A DNA stretch of 64,000 nt, from assembly GCA_963702205.1 (NCBI GenBank), contig OY969724.1, forward strand, positions 544,001 through 608,000, in the 5' to 3' direction. The DNA is from an uncultured candidate division Zixibacteria bacterium (GTDB lineage Bacteria > Zixibacteria > MSB-5A5 > GN15 > PGXB01). Positions 29,155-38,257 of this stretch are shown here, in pieces (the stretch's first letter is position 1; every line of letters begins with the position of its first letter). The position numbers were made by a program, and so were the translations under genes. The notes beneath the pieces were generated by a model. It was not told where the DNA came from. It did not search any database and worked only from the letters and a program-made list of their open reading frames with translations.

Positions 29155-30035
29155 GGAATCGTCACCGAGACAGGCATACCGACTTTAAGTTCGCCGCCGG
29201 AATTGGGGATGGTTATTTTCACGGCATAGACAAGGTCGGCGCGGGCTTCCCTGGTCTGCACGTTTTTGGGCGTGAACTCGGCTTCGGATGATATCCAGGT
29301 GACGGTTCCTTTCAGAGGCTGGGTGCGGCCGTCCTCGGGATCGACCGAGGCCTCTCCTCCGAGCTGGATTTTTGTCAGGTCGGCGGGCGGTAAGTACACC
29401 TTTACCCAGACCGAATCGAGGACGCCGATTTTGTATATGGCTTTGCCGAGCGTGACCAGCTCACCGGCGTCGATGTACTTGGCGGTTATGGTGCCGCTAT
29501 GCGGGGCGGTCGGGAAGCAGTCGCTGAGCTGCTGGATCAAGAGGGCTTTTTGGGCTTCGATGCGGCTCATTTCGGCTTTGGCGGCGGTCAGGGTCGCCCG
29601 GGCCTGCTTGCGGTTAAGGTCGGCCTGGTTGAAAGCGTTTTCGCCCTGATCGTACTGCTGCTGATTAGCCGAACCGCTGGTGATAAGGGCATTGATGCGG
29701 TTGAATTCTTTTTCCGCCAGAGAGAAATTTTGTTCGGCCTGGTCGATGGCTATCGCGGCCATGTTCTTTTTGGATTCGGCCGCTTTATAGGCGGCGTCGG
29801 CCTGATCGAGCGCAAGAATAGTGTTGACAGTGTCTATGACAGCCAGGGTATCGCCGATGCCGACCGTGTCGCCTTCGTCGTAGTGCAGAATCTCGCTGTT
29901 GCCGACCACCTGTGACGAGATCGTGATTTCGGTCGCCTCGATCAGCCCGGAGCCTCCGATAGTACCGTTTTTATCGCTGCAGGCTAATAGTACAAGCGGC
30001 AATGCCAGCAGAGCCGTAACCGTTTTATAATTCAT
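29151..30035 (-). CDS. HlyD/YbhG-family membrane-fusion lipoprotein
   Basis: Lipobox LLAC, coiled hairpin, AEFTPKNVQT, LKVGMP. Confidence 0.92.
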   Translation of the reverse strand: MNYKTVTALLALPLVLLACSDKNGTIGGSGLIEATEITISSQVVGNSEILHYDEGDTVGIGDTLAVIDTVNTILALDQADAAYKAAESKKNMAAIAIDQAEQNFSLAEKEFNRINALITSGSANQQQYDQGENAFNQADLNRKQARATLTAAKAEMSRIEAQKALLIQQLSDCFPTAPHSGTITAKYIDAGELVTLGKAIYKIGVLDSVWVKVYLPPADLTKIQLGGEASVDPEDGRTQPLKGTVTWISSEAEFTPKNVQTREARADLVYAVKITIPNSGGELKVGMPVSVTIP

Positions 30036-31407
30036 CGTTCAGTCCTCCGTAGATTTTATCCGAGCCGACGGCGAAATAGTGATCCGTCTGTGCAAGGTAG
30101 TAATTTATTTTCGATGCTTCATAAGCCTGCTCGGCGACGCGCAAGTCTTCTTCTTTTTCTAAAAGCCGGTTGACCGACATCTTGCCCGCCTTCTGTTGCT
30201 TTTGCGCAAGAGTATACTGACGTTTGGCGATGTCATATTCTTTTGCGGAGATATTGTATGCGGACTGAGCATACTGAAGTCTCTCGCGGGCGGTTTTGGC
30301 CATGAGGGTGAAGGCGTCCTCGGTTTCGTTTAACGTCATTTCTATCGAATGCACGGTCTGGTCAGCGGCGGACTTATTGTGCAGTTTTTTGCCGCCGAGG
30401 TTGAACGACCAGTTCAGCGCCAGTCCGACCGAAAAATAATCGTTCCAGGTTTTGTTAAACAGGTCCTTGTTGGGCTTACCGACCGAATAGCCGCCGTAGG
30501 CGCTGAGGTTGGGGTAATAATCGGCGGTCGCCAGGCGCGAGACGTTTTGGGCGGCGGCCATATTGGCACGAAGAGCCGTAAGCTCGGGGCGATTGATTTT
30601 TTCTTCCGTCGTTGTTGATGAAACTGCCGGTTTTGGATCGTGCAGTGTTTCCGACAGGACAATGTTGTCCGATTCGGAATTGCCGAGCAGCTTGTTTAAA
30701 GCCGCGGCGGCGTTGGTGCGGGCGGTGGTTTGGTAGTCTGACTGAAGGAGTATCTTCTGGTAGGCCAGTTCGGTTTCCAGAATATCGGTCGAGTCGGCCA
30801 AACCGTTGGCGAACAGGTTTTGTATGTCGGTCTTGATTATGTCGAGTCGCTTTCGTGAAGCCTGCATCGATTTCAAAGATACATCGGCCAGCATGAGGCC
30901 CAGATAAGCGCGGCGGGTCTGGTATCCGGTTTCGAGCCGACGGGTCTCGACGGTGGCGCGGGCGGCGTCGGTGATTGCATGGTAGCGATCGATGTTTCCG
31001 GTTATTTTGCCGCCGGTAAACAGCGGGACAGACAGTTTGAAGTCGGCCTGATAGGTTTCTTTGGAGCCGAGTTCAATGGATGGCCCGCCGGGGACGGGGA
31101 CATTGAACGATTGTAACTTGTTGACCGCGAATGAAACGGCGTCGAGCGACAGGGTCGGAAAACGGTCGGCCTGCGCGGATTGCAATTGCCGGCGGGCACC
31201 GGTGGAATCGTGGGCGGCGGATTTAACCGTGTACGAATGCTCGAGAGCCTGCGCGATGGCCTGGTCGAGCGAGAGTGTCACATCCTCCGCGTGGAGAGGC
31301 GCCGAGACCAATAGTACAATCAGTAATATAATGTACTTACTTAATGAGACCGTGCAAAAAGAGATCGACCACGGCCTGCGGTCTTTCGGATCGGAATTTT
31401 TCTTCAT
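30025..31407 (-). CDS. TolC-family outer-membrane efflux protein (start uncertain)
   Basis: Signal peptide ending LHA, LSLDQAIAQAL, FPTLSL, YYPNLS. The only ATG start overlaps tetR by about 70 nt. Confidence 0.88.
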   Translation of the reverse strand: MKKNSDPKDRRPWSISFCTVSLSKYIILLIVLLVSAPLHAEDVTLSLDQAIAQALEHSYTVKSAAHDSTGARRQLQSAQADRFPTLSLDAVSFAVNKLQSFNVPVPGGPSIELGSKETYQADFKLSVPLFTGGKITGNIDRYHAITDAARATVETRRLETGYQTRRAYLGLMLADVSLKSMQASRKRLDIIKTDIQNLFANGLADSTDILETELAYQKILLQSDYQTTARTNAAAALNKLLGNSESDNIVLSETLHDPKPAVSSTTTEEKINRPELTALRANMAAAQNVSRLATADYYPNLSAYGGYSVGKPNKDLFNKTWNDYFSVGLALNWSFNLGGKKLHNKSAADQTVHSIEMTLNETEDAFTLMAKTARERLQYAQSAYNISAKEYDIAKRQYTLAQKQQKAGKMSVNRLLEKEEDLRVAEQAYEASKINYYLAQTDHYFAVGSDKIYGGLNDEL

Positions 31408-31969
31408 TATCTATCTCCCATACCCGGTTGACTACCGGAGCCATTAGCTGGTAAAAAATGTTCATACCCAGAAACGAAACGATGGTGTGTTCAATGTCTA
31501 TATCGCGGAACTGCCCGGAAGCCTGGCCGAAGGCAAGCAGACTTTTGAAGCGCGCGGTGACGCCCGACTGGCTCACCAGACGGATCAGGGTATCTTTGAG
31601 ACGGTCCCCGCCCGCGGCGACTTCGCGCAGCAAAATCGGCCCGAACGAGCGGCGTTCGGCGAACAGGGCGTTCATATAGGTGGCGATTTTCTCGATAACG
31701 GCGGCCGGATCGGCGGCGTCGAACTCCTGAGTCGCGGCAAAGGCGGCGATCTGGCCGAAATGGTCGTCGATGACCGCCTGATAGAGCTTCTCTTTGGAGC
31801 CGAAATGGTAGTAAATCATGGCCTTGTTGATGCCGGAACGCTCGGCGATGCGGTCCACACGGGCCCCGGCGAGGCCGAATTCGGCGAATTCGTCGCGGGC
31901 GGCGTCGAGAATGACCTGGGCCGATCCTTTGGGCTTTGGTTCCGGAGTATTTTGGTTTTGTTCGCTCAT
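31337..31969 (-). CDS. TetR/AcrR-family regulator
   Basis: ILDAARDEFAEFGLAGARVDRIAERSGINKAMIYYHFGSKEKLY HTH. Confidence 0.93.
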   Translation of the reverse strand: MSEQNQNTPEPKPKGSAQVILDAARDEFAEFGLAGARVDRIAERSGINKAMIYYHFGSKEKLYQAVIDDHFGQIAAFAATQEFDAADPAAVIEKIATYMNALFAERRSFGPILLREVAAGGDRLKDTLIRLVSQSGVTARFKSLLAFGQASGQFRDIDIEHTIVSFLGMNIFYQLMAPVVNRVWEIDNEEKFRSERPQAVVDLFLHGLIK

Positions 31970-31977
31970 AATAAAAT

Positions 31978-32024
31978 AACTAACCGTTTAGTTTAACTAT
32001 ATGGTTAATTATACGCTATGTCAA
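31978..32024 (-). promoter_or_regulatory. Sigma70 promoter with overlapping tandem palindromic operators
   Basis: TTGACA(32024-32019)-17-TATAGT(32001-31996); imperfect palindromes AACTAACCGTTTAGTT 31978-31993 and AACTATATGGTTAATT 31995-32010. Confidence 0.75.
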
Positions 32025-32161
32025 GAAGTTTGTGCCAAATATTTTTCAATATGTGGATAAAATGTTGGCGATGCTTGAGTTTTGTGTTTGTAACTTGTTA
32101 ATTACAGGTCTGTTATGGTGAATTTGACAATGTGTAAAAGCTTGTGCGATGGTGGAAAAGA

Positions 32162-34102
32162 CTATTTTTTAATCGGGATGGTGAGGCCGGGGGGAAGGGT
32201 GGTTGCGGAATCGCCAAAAGCTTGGTCTAGTTGATCTTGAGTCAATCCACGAGAATATTCCATATTTGCCCCACCTAAATCGGCATTTTTCAAATCAGCT
32301 AAAAAAAGATCAGCTCCGGTAAAATTCGCACTAAACATGTTAGCGTCCGTCAATGATGCAAAAATAAGATTCGCGCCTTCAAAGTCGACCATATGAAAAT
32401 TTGCTCTGGATAAATTTGCCCCTATAAGGACAGCACCAGCCAGATTCGCCCACCGAAAGTCTGCATTAACCAAGAATGCTCTAAGAAGATCAGCATTTCT
32501 TAAGTCGGCTCTTGCAAGATAGGCTCCCTTTACGGCAATGTCTCGTTCGGTTGAGTCGATTAGCCAATAATTGTCCGGTTTAATAGATACATCTTGTTCG
32601 CGGAAGTTGGCGGAAATGTCATAGCCGATTTTGTTTTGTATATAGACAGCCCAGTTGTGATCCTCTATGCCACCATCGGAAGAAATAATAAGGAAAAATG
32701 CGATAAGAGCAAAAGCGATCCATTTGAAGTATCCGAGTGCCTGAATCTTGTCAAACATGGCTCCAGCTAGAGTCTTTGCGTGAACGCGGTAGAATATTAT
32801 TCCTGCGAAAATGGTTATTAACAATACAATGATTTGGATGATGGTGCCTGTCCAATCGTGGCGGGTTAGATAGCGCACCCAGAACCAGCCGAGTGTAATT
32901 GGCACTACCCACCAAGCAAGAAATATGGAGACCCACTCTTCGAGGCGGGCCGTGAAGGCGCGGGTACCTTTAATTCTTTGCCAAAGCCATTGCCAGCTCT
33001 TTCTTGCGTGCCATTTTAAACCGTCTTCATTTTCTTGTCTTTCGATTTTCTTATATTTCCCTTTAAGCCGGATGAAATGCCTTCGCACCATACCATTTAA
33101 CATCCAAGGGTAAGCACGTTCATCAAGAGGTTTGCCATCTTCGAATATGGCCGGAAGTCCGGCGAGCGCTTGCCAAAGACGCCGCAAATATAAATGCAAA
33201 TAAATATAAAGAACGGCTAGCAAGAATGGTGCAGCCAAGTAAAATGCACCGATAGGCACGCCCGTTTGAATTATCGGCAGATTCGATGACGATGAATTGG
33301 TTAAAAGAGCCACATCGGTTGTGGAGCCGATGGTCAACCAGCAATATACGCAGCCTAATAACACTGCGAGAAAAATCTTACGGGCATCGCGGGATGCTTC
33401 TTCAACAACATTAAGGGCTTTAAATTCTGAAACTGTATCGTTGAGTCTCGTATTTGTTATATCGGCCTGAGCCAGCTTGGTGCTGTCTAATCTCCTGACG
33501 TCTTTAAGATTACATCCTTTAAAATTGCAGCAAATCATTTTGGCATAGCCAAAATCTGCTCGATAAAGATCAGCACCTTCGAAATCGCAATTTATTAATG
33601 TTGCATCAAAAAATTCGGCATATTTAAGGTCGGCCTTAAATAGGTTGGTGCCCCTAAGCTTTGCAAAATGAATGTGGGTATATTGAAGATTGGCTTCATC
33701 AAATAAAACACCTTGAAGATTGGTTTCCGATAAATCAGCATCTTGAAGGTTTGCTGCAACCAATATGGAATTTTTAAGATTGGCGGCAGTTAAATCCGCG
33801 TCATGCAAATTCGCATGGAGCATACTTGCGCCCTCAAGATTAGCTTCAAAGAGCTTGGCATCTTGAAGGTTGGTATTGAATAAAAGGGCATTCTGGAGAT
33901 TTGCCTTGGATAAATTGATTTTTGATAAATCCACGGGTTTGCCGCCAATGTGCCCCAAATCTATCCGTTTTTTTTGTTCCGCAAGGACCTTTGCCAGCTC
34001 ATCGTCAGATATGTGGCGGTATCGGGATTTTTCCGGTTCGGATTCAGCCGGATTTTGGTTCGTCAAGTTCTGGCTGTCCGACTTTTCGGGCGTGTGCGAC
34101 AT
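32162..34102 (-). CDS. Pentapeptide-repeat membrane protein
   Basis: A(D/N)LXX repeats at both termini around several TM helices. GAGGGG RBS before ATG 34102. AT-rich. Confidence 0.88.
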   Translation of the reverse strand: MSHTPEKSDSQNLTNQNPAESEPEKSRYRHISDDELAKVLAEQKKRIDLGHIGGKPVDLSKINLSKANLQNALLFNTNLQDAKLFEANLEGASMLHANLHDADLTAANLKNSILVAANLQDADLSETNLQGVLFDEANLQYTHIHFAKLRGTNLFKADLKYAEFFDATLINCDFEGADLYRADFGYAKMICCNFKGCNLKDVRRLDSTKLAQADITNTRLNDTVSEFKALNVVEEASRDARKIFLAVLLGCVYCWLTIGSTTDVALLTNSSSSNLPIIQTGVPIGAFYLAAPFLLAVLYIYLHLYLRRLWQALAGLPAIFEDGKPLDERAYPWMLNGMVRRHFIRLKGKYKKIERQENEDGLKWHARKSWQWLWQRIKGTRAFTARLEEWVSIFLAWWVVPITLGWFWVRYLTRHDWTGTIIQIIVLLITIFAGIIFYRVHAKTLAGAMFDKIQALGYFKWIAFALIAFFLIISSDGGIEDHNWAVYIQNKIGYDISANFREQDVSIKPDNYWLIDSTERDIAVKGAYLARADLRNADLLRAFLVNADFRWANLAGAVLIGANLSRANFHMVDFEGANLIFASLTDANMFSANFTGADLFLADLKNADLGGANMEYSRGLTQDQLDQAFGDSATTLPPGLTIPIKK

Positions 34103-34221
34103 TAGTCCCCTCAAGATTTGGTTGAGTCCAAATAATGATCTAAATTAAATAAAAGCCATCAGGAGCAAATAATCAATCGAAATTTTGCGAATTGGTCAAA
34201 GCGGACCAATAACAGATCTGG

Positions 34222-34848
34222 TCAGTCGATGGTGCGGCGGAAGATGAGGCGGAAGTTGTAGCTGCCAGTGTTGCCGAACGAGCCGGTCTCCGGATGCGGG
34301 TCATAATAATAGTCCAGCAGAAAAGACCCGCCGACAAACCATTTCTCCCCCAAAGATTTCAGGATATCGGCGCCGACCAGCAGAAGTGGCGCCCAGTCGG
34401 TTTGTCTTTCGTGCAGCATTGAAATGAAACTGCCGTCAGTATCGTACAGCAGGATGTTGCTGGCGGTTATGGTCCTCACGGAGTAACCCGCGCCGCCGCA
34501 GATATCCGTTAGCCAGGAATTGTTCTTTACGACGGCCATGCGGATCGACGCCGAAGTATAGACGCATTTGTAGGCCATTTTCATGTTCACGGAGCTCATA
34601 TTTCTGAAGCCGCCGTCGAGTTCCCAATACCATCTGCCTTTCATATGCTTCACGTGCCCCAGCTCGATATTGAAATGGCCGGTGTATATGTCCCGGAAGT
34701 TTGCCCGGGCGCCTACGACATAGCCGAGTTTGAACGCTATTTGGTCGCGCTCGGTCGAATTGGACTGCCCAGCCAGGACGCCTCCGCCGGCGAAAATCAA
34801 CAGTGCTGCCAGCGTGGCGATCATTCTTGGTCGTAAGAAATGCATCAT
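34222..34848 (-). CDS. Small outer-membrane beta-barrel-like protein
   Basis: Signal peptide and about 8 amphipathic strands. Start moved to 34848. Confidence 0.65.
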   Translation of the reverse strand: MMHFLRPRMIATLAALLIFAGGGVLAGQSNSTERDQIAFKLGYVVGARANFRDIYTGHFNIELGHVKHMKGRWYWELDGGFRNMSSVNMKMAYKCVYTSASIRMAVVKNNSWLTDICGGAGYSVRTITASNILLYDTDGSFISMLHERQTDWAPLLLVGADILKSLGEKWFVGGSFLLDYYYDPHPETGSFGNTGSYNFRLIFRRTID

Positions 34849-34852
34849 AATC

Positions 34853-35257
34853 TTAGCCCAAATCAATATAAACGGGTGAGCGGACCAGATATTTATTACC
34901 ATTATTATTCGTTATTTCGATTTCTACAATATAGATACCTGTGTTGATAAGATCCCCGTTTTCGGTTTTCAAATTCCATTCAATTGTCACTCCTCCCACA
35001 CCTCGCCCGTCCAGCTTTTTCAATACGTATCCCGTCAAATTTTCAACTTTAATGGTGTAATCAATCTCTTCCGTTGCCGGTATATTGGCAGTCACAGAAA
35101 GTATCGGCGGGTCCAGGCTGCTTAGGTAACCTTTGACAGTAAGTGGAGTCGGTATTATTATAACGCCTTTGTCGGGTGATTGAACCGGGCTGACGGCATT
35201 GTTGGAACAGCCCGCGATGAGTGCCAGCACAAATAAAAGCGAGAGTATTTTCGACAT
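34853..35257 (-). CDS. Lipoprotein with FlgD Ig-like/T9SS-CTD-like domain
   Basis: Lipobox IAGC; IKVENLTGYVLKKL...WNLKTENGDLINTGIYIVEI. Confidence 0.75.
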   Translation of the reverse strand: MSKILSLLFVLALIAGCSNNAVSPVQSPDKGVIIIPTPLTVKGYLSSLDPPILSVTANIPATEEIDYTIKVENLTGYVLKKLDGRGVGGVTIEWNLKTENGDLINTGIYIVEIEITNNNGNKYLVRSPVYIDLG

Positions 35258-35581
35258 CTTCGTCCCCTTACGACATTAACCAGATGCCGTAATATAGTGC
35301 TTTTTCGCGGAATTACAAGCGGATTGGCCAAATATTAAACCTGCCCGGTGGGGGCTCCCGAAACGGGATGGCCGGGCAGGCTCTTGGTTCCTTTGCAGGA
35401 ACCGTCAGAATACTCCAAGGTGTCGAATCATGGGGGATTTTCGGGCAATCTGTGCCCATTTATAGCATGCTGTCCTTGAGTAGCCCCGTTCTACATCCTG
35501 GCGGTCATTTATTAAAACAAAGAATTATGTCATATTGTTCACGAATTGGATGACGGTCTCTTTAGCTTCAATGACTTACAA

Positions 35582-35750
35582 TGCGGTCAGGTCACACGCC
35601 CCGATAAATCGGGACGCAGGACCTGACCGAACAGGCTTTTTCAACAAGCCCCAAGTTTGAGGTGGCCACCCATCCGGAGTTTCTGGTTTGGTATTAAGAG
35701 ACCGCAGGATCACAAATCCCGATGAAGCAGGATTCAAGATCCCGCGGAAC
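35582..35750. repeat. REP cluster: two GTTC-type branched hairpins and an orphan right end of the 152-bp MITE
   Basis: Hairpins 35582-35632 and 35700-35750 end in GAAC; TTTTTCAACAAGCCC at 35637-35651 followed by CAAGTTTGAGGTGGCCACCC. Confidence 0.75.
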
Positions 35751-35970
35751 TTGAAATGAAATTCGGATTCAGGTCCATGCGGATATTGAAAGAGTACGGC
35801 GGGATCAATACCTGACGGAATATAGCGGGCAGCGCTCCCGGATAAAACGTGATTGGCACCGGGGAAACAAAATGTGATGTTGACGGGCCAACGGATATTG
35901 CGGCGGTGCGTATGATCTGTGATTTCGTTGAACAACCAATATCCTATCGGATTTAATGAGGAGAAACCAG

Positions 35971-36453
35971 ATGTCTGATGTCAAACCTATTCCCGACGGT
36001 TATGAAGGAGTGATTCCGTACATGGTGGTCGAGAACGCCTCGGACGCGATCGACTTTTATAAGAAAGCTTTCGGGGCCAAAGAAACGGCGCGCGTCCCGG
36101 CGCCGGACGGTGATAAGTTGATGCACGCGGAGATTAAGATCGGTAATTCCTTCATATTTCTGTGTGATGATTTCCCGGAGTGGAGCGGTAAATCGCGCAC
36201 GCCACAGGCGTTCGGCGGCAGCCCGATCGATATCCATCTTTACGTTGCGGATATCGATAAAATCGTAAATCAGGCGCGCGAAGCCGGAGCTAAAGTTACG
36301 ATGGAACCGAAGGACATGTTCTGGGGTGATCGTCACGGTCGCGTGGTTGATCCGTATGGGCACGGCTGGTCGTTCTCGACGCACGTGCGCGATGTTCCGG
36401 CCGAAGAGATGAAAAAGGCGGCCGAGGAGATGTTCGCCAAAAAGCCGGCGTAA
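35971..36453 (+). CDS. VOC/glyoxalase (PhnB-like) protein
   Basis: VKPIPDGY, AIDFYKKAFGA, HAEIKIG, DMFWGDRHGRVVDPYGHGW. GAGGAG RBS. Confidence 0.92.
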   Translation: MSDVKPIPDGYEGVIPYMVVENASDAIDFYKKAFGAKETARVPAPDGDKLMHAEIKIGNSFIFLCDDFPEWSGKSRTPQAFGGSPIDIHLYVADIDKIVNQAREAGAKVTMEPKDMFWGDRHGRVVDPYGHGWSFSTHVRDVPAEEMKKAAEEMFAKKPA

Positions 36454-36474
36454 GTTTCATAAGTTGAATTGAAG

Positions 36475-36524
36475 GACCGTCGGGTGTCAATCCCGACTTC
36501 GTCAGAATCATCGCCTGACGGAAC
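36475..36524. repeat. GTTC-type REP-like hairpin
   Basis: CCGTCGGGTG...CGCCTGACGGAAC, related to 51150-51199. Confidence 0.7.
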
Positions 36525-36554
36525 ATTTGAAATCGTCTCCTCACCCCAAACTTG

Positions 36555-36706
36555 GGGCCTGTTGAAAAACGAGTAGGTCGGCTTCCGAATCCTGACGAAG
36601 TCAGGAGAGAAAGCCGACATCTTGTTGTCGGGTTTCTCGTTACGCTTCGCTCTACTCGGAACCCGACCTACTTCTTGCACCATCCGTGCACTTTTTCAAC
36701 AAGCCC
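36555..36706. mobile_element. 152-bp MITE, copy A
   Basis: Terminal IRs GGGCCTGTTGAAAAA / TTTTTCAACAAGCCC; internal GTAGGTCGG...CCGACCTAC; 6 differences from copy B by manual alignment. Confidence 0.85.
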
Positions 36707-36864
36707 CAAGTTTGGGGTGGCCTCCCTCCCGGAGCTTTTAAGTTACACTTCTTTCCATATCAAGACATGTTACAAAAAGTAAAATCTGCCCCGCTTTGTT
36801 CGGAAACTCTCTCCTGATCCTGATGTTATCTAAGTAAGACATCATATTCAACAGGTGGGAATAT

Positions 36865-37308
36865 ATGAAAAATTTCTTATCCAGAATTGGCAAGACGACC
36901 GACGATAAATATGCATCGTTCGGTCTGTTGATATTGAGAGTGGGATTCGGGACGGCAATGGCTTTCAATCACGGTCTGTCCAAACTATCCAACTATTCGG
37001 CATACGCGGCGCAATTTGCCGATCCCTATGGTCTCGGGCCGGGCTTGTCTTTGTCGCTTTCGATTTTCGCCGAATTTTTCTGTTCGATACTTCTTATTTT
37101 CGGGGCTTTCACCCGGCTGGCGTTGATTCCTCTTCTTATTAATATGCTGACGGCGCTGTTGATAGTCCACGCCGACGATCCGTTCGGTAAAAAAGAACTG
37201 GCCCTGATGTATTTGATTCCGTACCTGACGTTGTTTTTCGCCGGGGCCGGGAAATATTCGGTCGACGGAACCATCAACAAGTCCAATAGAAAGCAAATAG
37301 TGCTCTAG
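36865..37308 (+). CDS. DoxX-family membrane protein
   Basis: GLLILRVGFG, HGLSKL, AEFFCSILLIFGAFTR, GAGKYSVD. Confidence 0.9.
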   Translation: MKNFLSRIGKTTDDKYASFGLLILRVGFGTAMAFNHGLSKLSNYSAYAAQFADPYGLGPGLSLSLSIFAEFFCSILLIFGAFTRLALIPLLINMLTALLIVHADDPFGKKELALMYLIPYLTLFFAGAGKYSVDGTINKSNRKQIVL

Positions 37309-37428
37309 TCTTCCCCGCTCCGAGTGACGTTTTACAAAATTCAATTTATGAAATTCGAGACGTGATGAAACGCCCATCCGAGTTGTTTTCGGGCCGAATT
37401 GTCGCCCGGCTTAGAATGAGCATAGAGC

Positions 37429-37473
37429 TTGACATCGGGGCCAACATAGTGTATCATTATGACCGTCAGTCAG
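37429..37473 (+). promoter_or_regulatory. Sigma70 promoter and putative TetR operator
   Basis: TTGACA-17-TATCAT followed by ATGACCGTCAGTCAG (37459-37473). Confidence 0.7.
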
Positions 37474-37508
37474 TTTATTGACGGGATATAGCAAAGAGGT
37501 TGGGCAAA

Positions 37509-38147
37509 ATGGGTATAGCCGAACGAAAAGAGCGGGAGAAATTAAAAAGGCGCAATGAAATTCTCGACGCCGCCGAACGAGTGATTTTCAGCAAAGGTCT
37601 GGACGGGGCCTCGATGGACGCAGTGGCTGCCGAAGCCGAACTCAGCAAGGGGACTATCTATCTCTATTTTTCCAGCAAAGAGGAGTTGTATCTGGCTATA
37701 AATATCCGGGCTTCGGAAATCCTCTATAAGTTGTTTAAGAAAGCGGTCGATTCCAGGAAATCAGGATTTGATAAGGTTTTTGCTATTGGGGAGGCGTATT
37801 TCCATTTCGGAGAGAAATACCCCAATTATTTTAACAGTTTATTCCATTTCCAGGCTAAGAATATCAATCTTGACCCTAATTCCCCCACAATTTTAGAAAA
37901 TTATGATTGGAAATCGCGAACCAATACAATCGTATCCGAGGCCGTTGAGGCCGGCATAAAAGACGGCTCGATTCGCTCGGGAATTGATCCGGTCGGCACG
38001 GCTATTTTGCTGTGGGCATTAAGCAGCGGGGCAATTCAGATGATCGCGATTAAGGGGGAGATTTTCGAGAAGGCCTATGACCTTTCAGCCAAAGCTCTCA
38101 AAAGTCAATTTTTCGACCTGATAGCGGCGGCACTCAAACCGGTTTGA
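37509..38147 (+). CDS. TetR/AcrR-family regulator
   Basis: MGIAERKEREK, ILDAAERV, AELSKGTIYLYFSSKEELY. Confidence 0.93.
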   Translation: MGIAERKEREKLKRRNEILDAAERVIFSKGLDGASMDAVAAEAELSKGTIYLYFSSKEELYLAINIRASEILYKLFKKAVDSRKSGFDKVFAIGEAYFHFGEKYPNYFNSLFHFQAKNINLDPNSPTILENYDWKSRTNTIVSEAVEAGIKDGSIRSGIDPVGTAILLWALSSGAIQMIAIKGEIFEKAYDLSAKALKSQFFDLIAAALKPV

Positions 38148-38185
38148 TATTTTTCATTAAATTCTATAAAATCAGATGAAACTTC

Positions 38186-38208
38186 TTGACAAGATGACCG
38201 TTAGTCAT
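38186..38208 (+). promoter_or_regulatory. Putative TetR operator next to a -35 hexamer
   Basis: TTGACA 38186-38191, then palindrome ATGACCGTTAGTCAT 38194-38208. Confidence 0.65.
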
Positions 38209-38257
38209 TAATTATACGGCGTCATAGTATAATTGACCTGTAAAATAGGATATTTCT

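Noticed and set aside
32025..32038. TTGGCACA on the minus strand upstream of tetR as a sigma54 promoter
   Set aside because: No properly spaced -12 element, and a strong sigma70 promoter lies just downstream.
32052..32060. Perfect DnaA box TGTGGATAA about 13 kb from the origin
   Set aside because: Single isolated 9-mer; not enough for a datA/DARS-type site.
35340..35402. GC-rich hairpins CCTGCCCGG...CCGGGCAGG and GGTTCC..GGAACC as an ncRNA
   Set aside because: No match to tRNA, SRP or riboswitch features I recognise; could be a terminator or repeat.
35582..36727. Hairpin repeats as integron attC sites or a CRISPR array
   Set aside because: No RYYYAAC/GTTRRRY cores bounding cassettes, no integrase or cas genes, and no regular repeat-spacer period.
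36333..36782. ORFs spanning the MITE (also 51111-51669)
   Set aside because: Chance translations of palindromic repeat DNA; their shared peptide only reflects the repeat.
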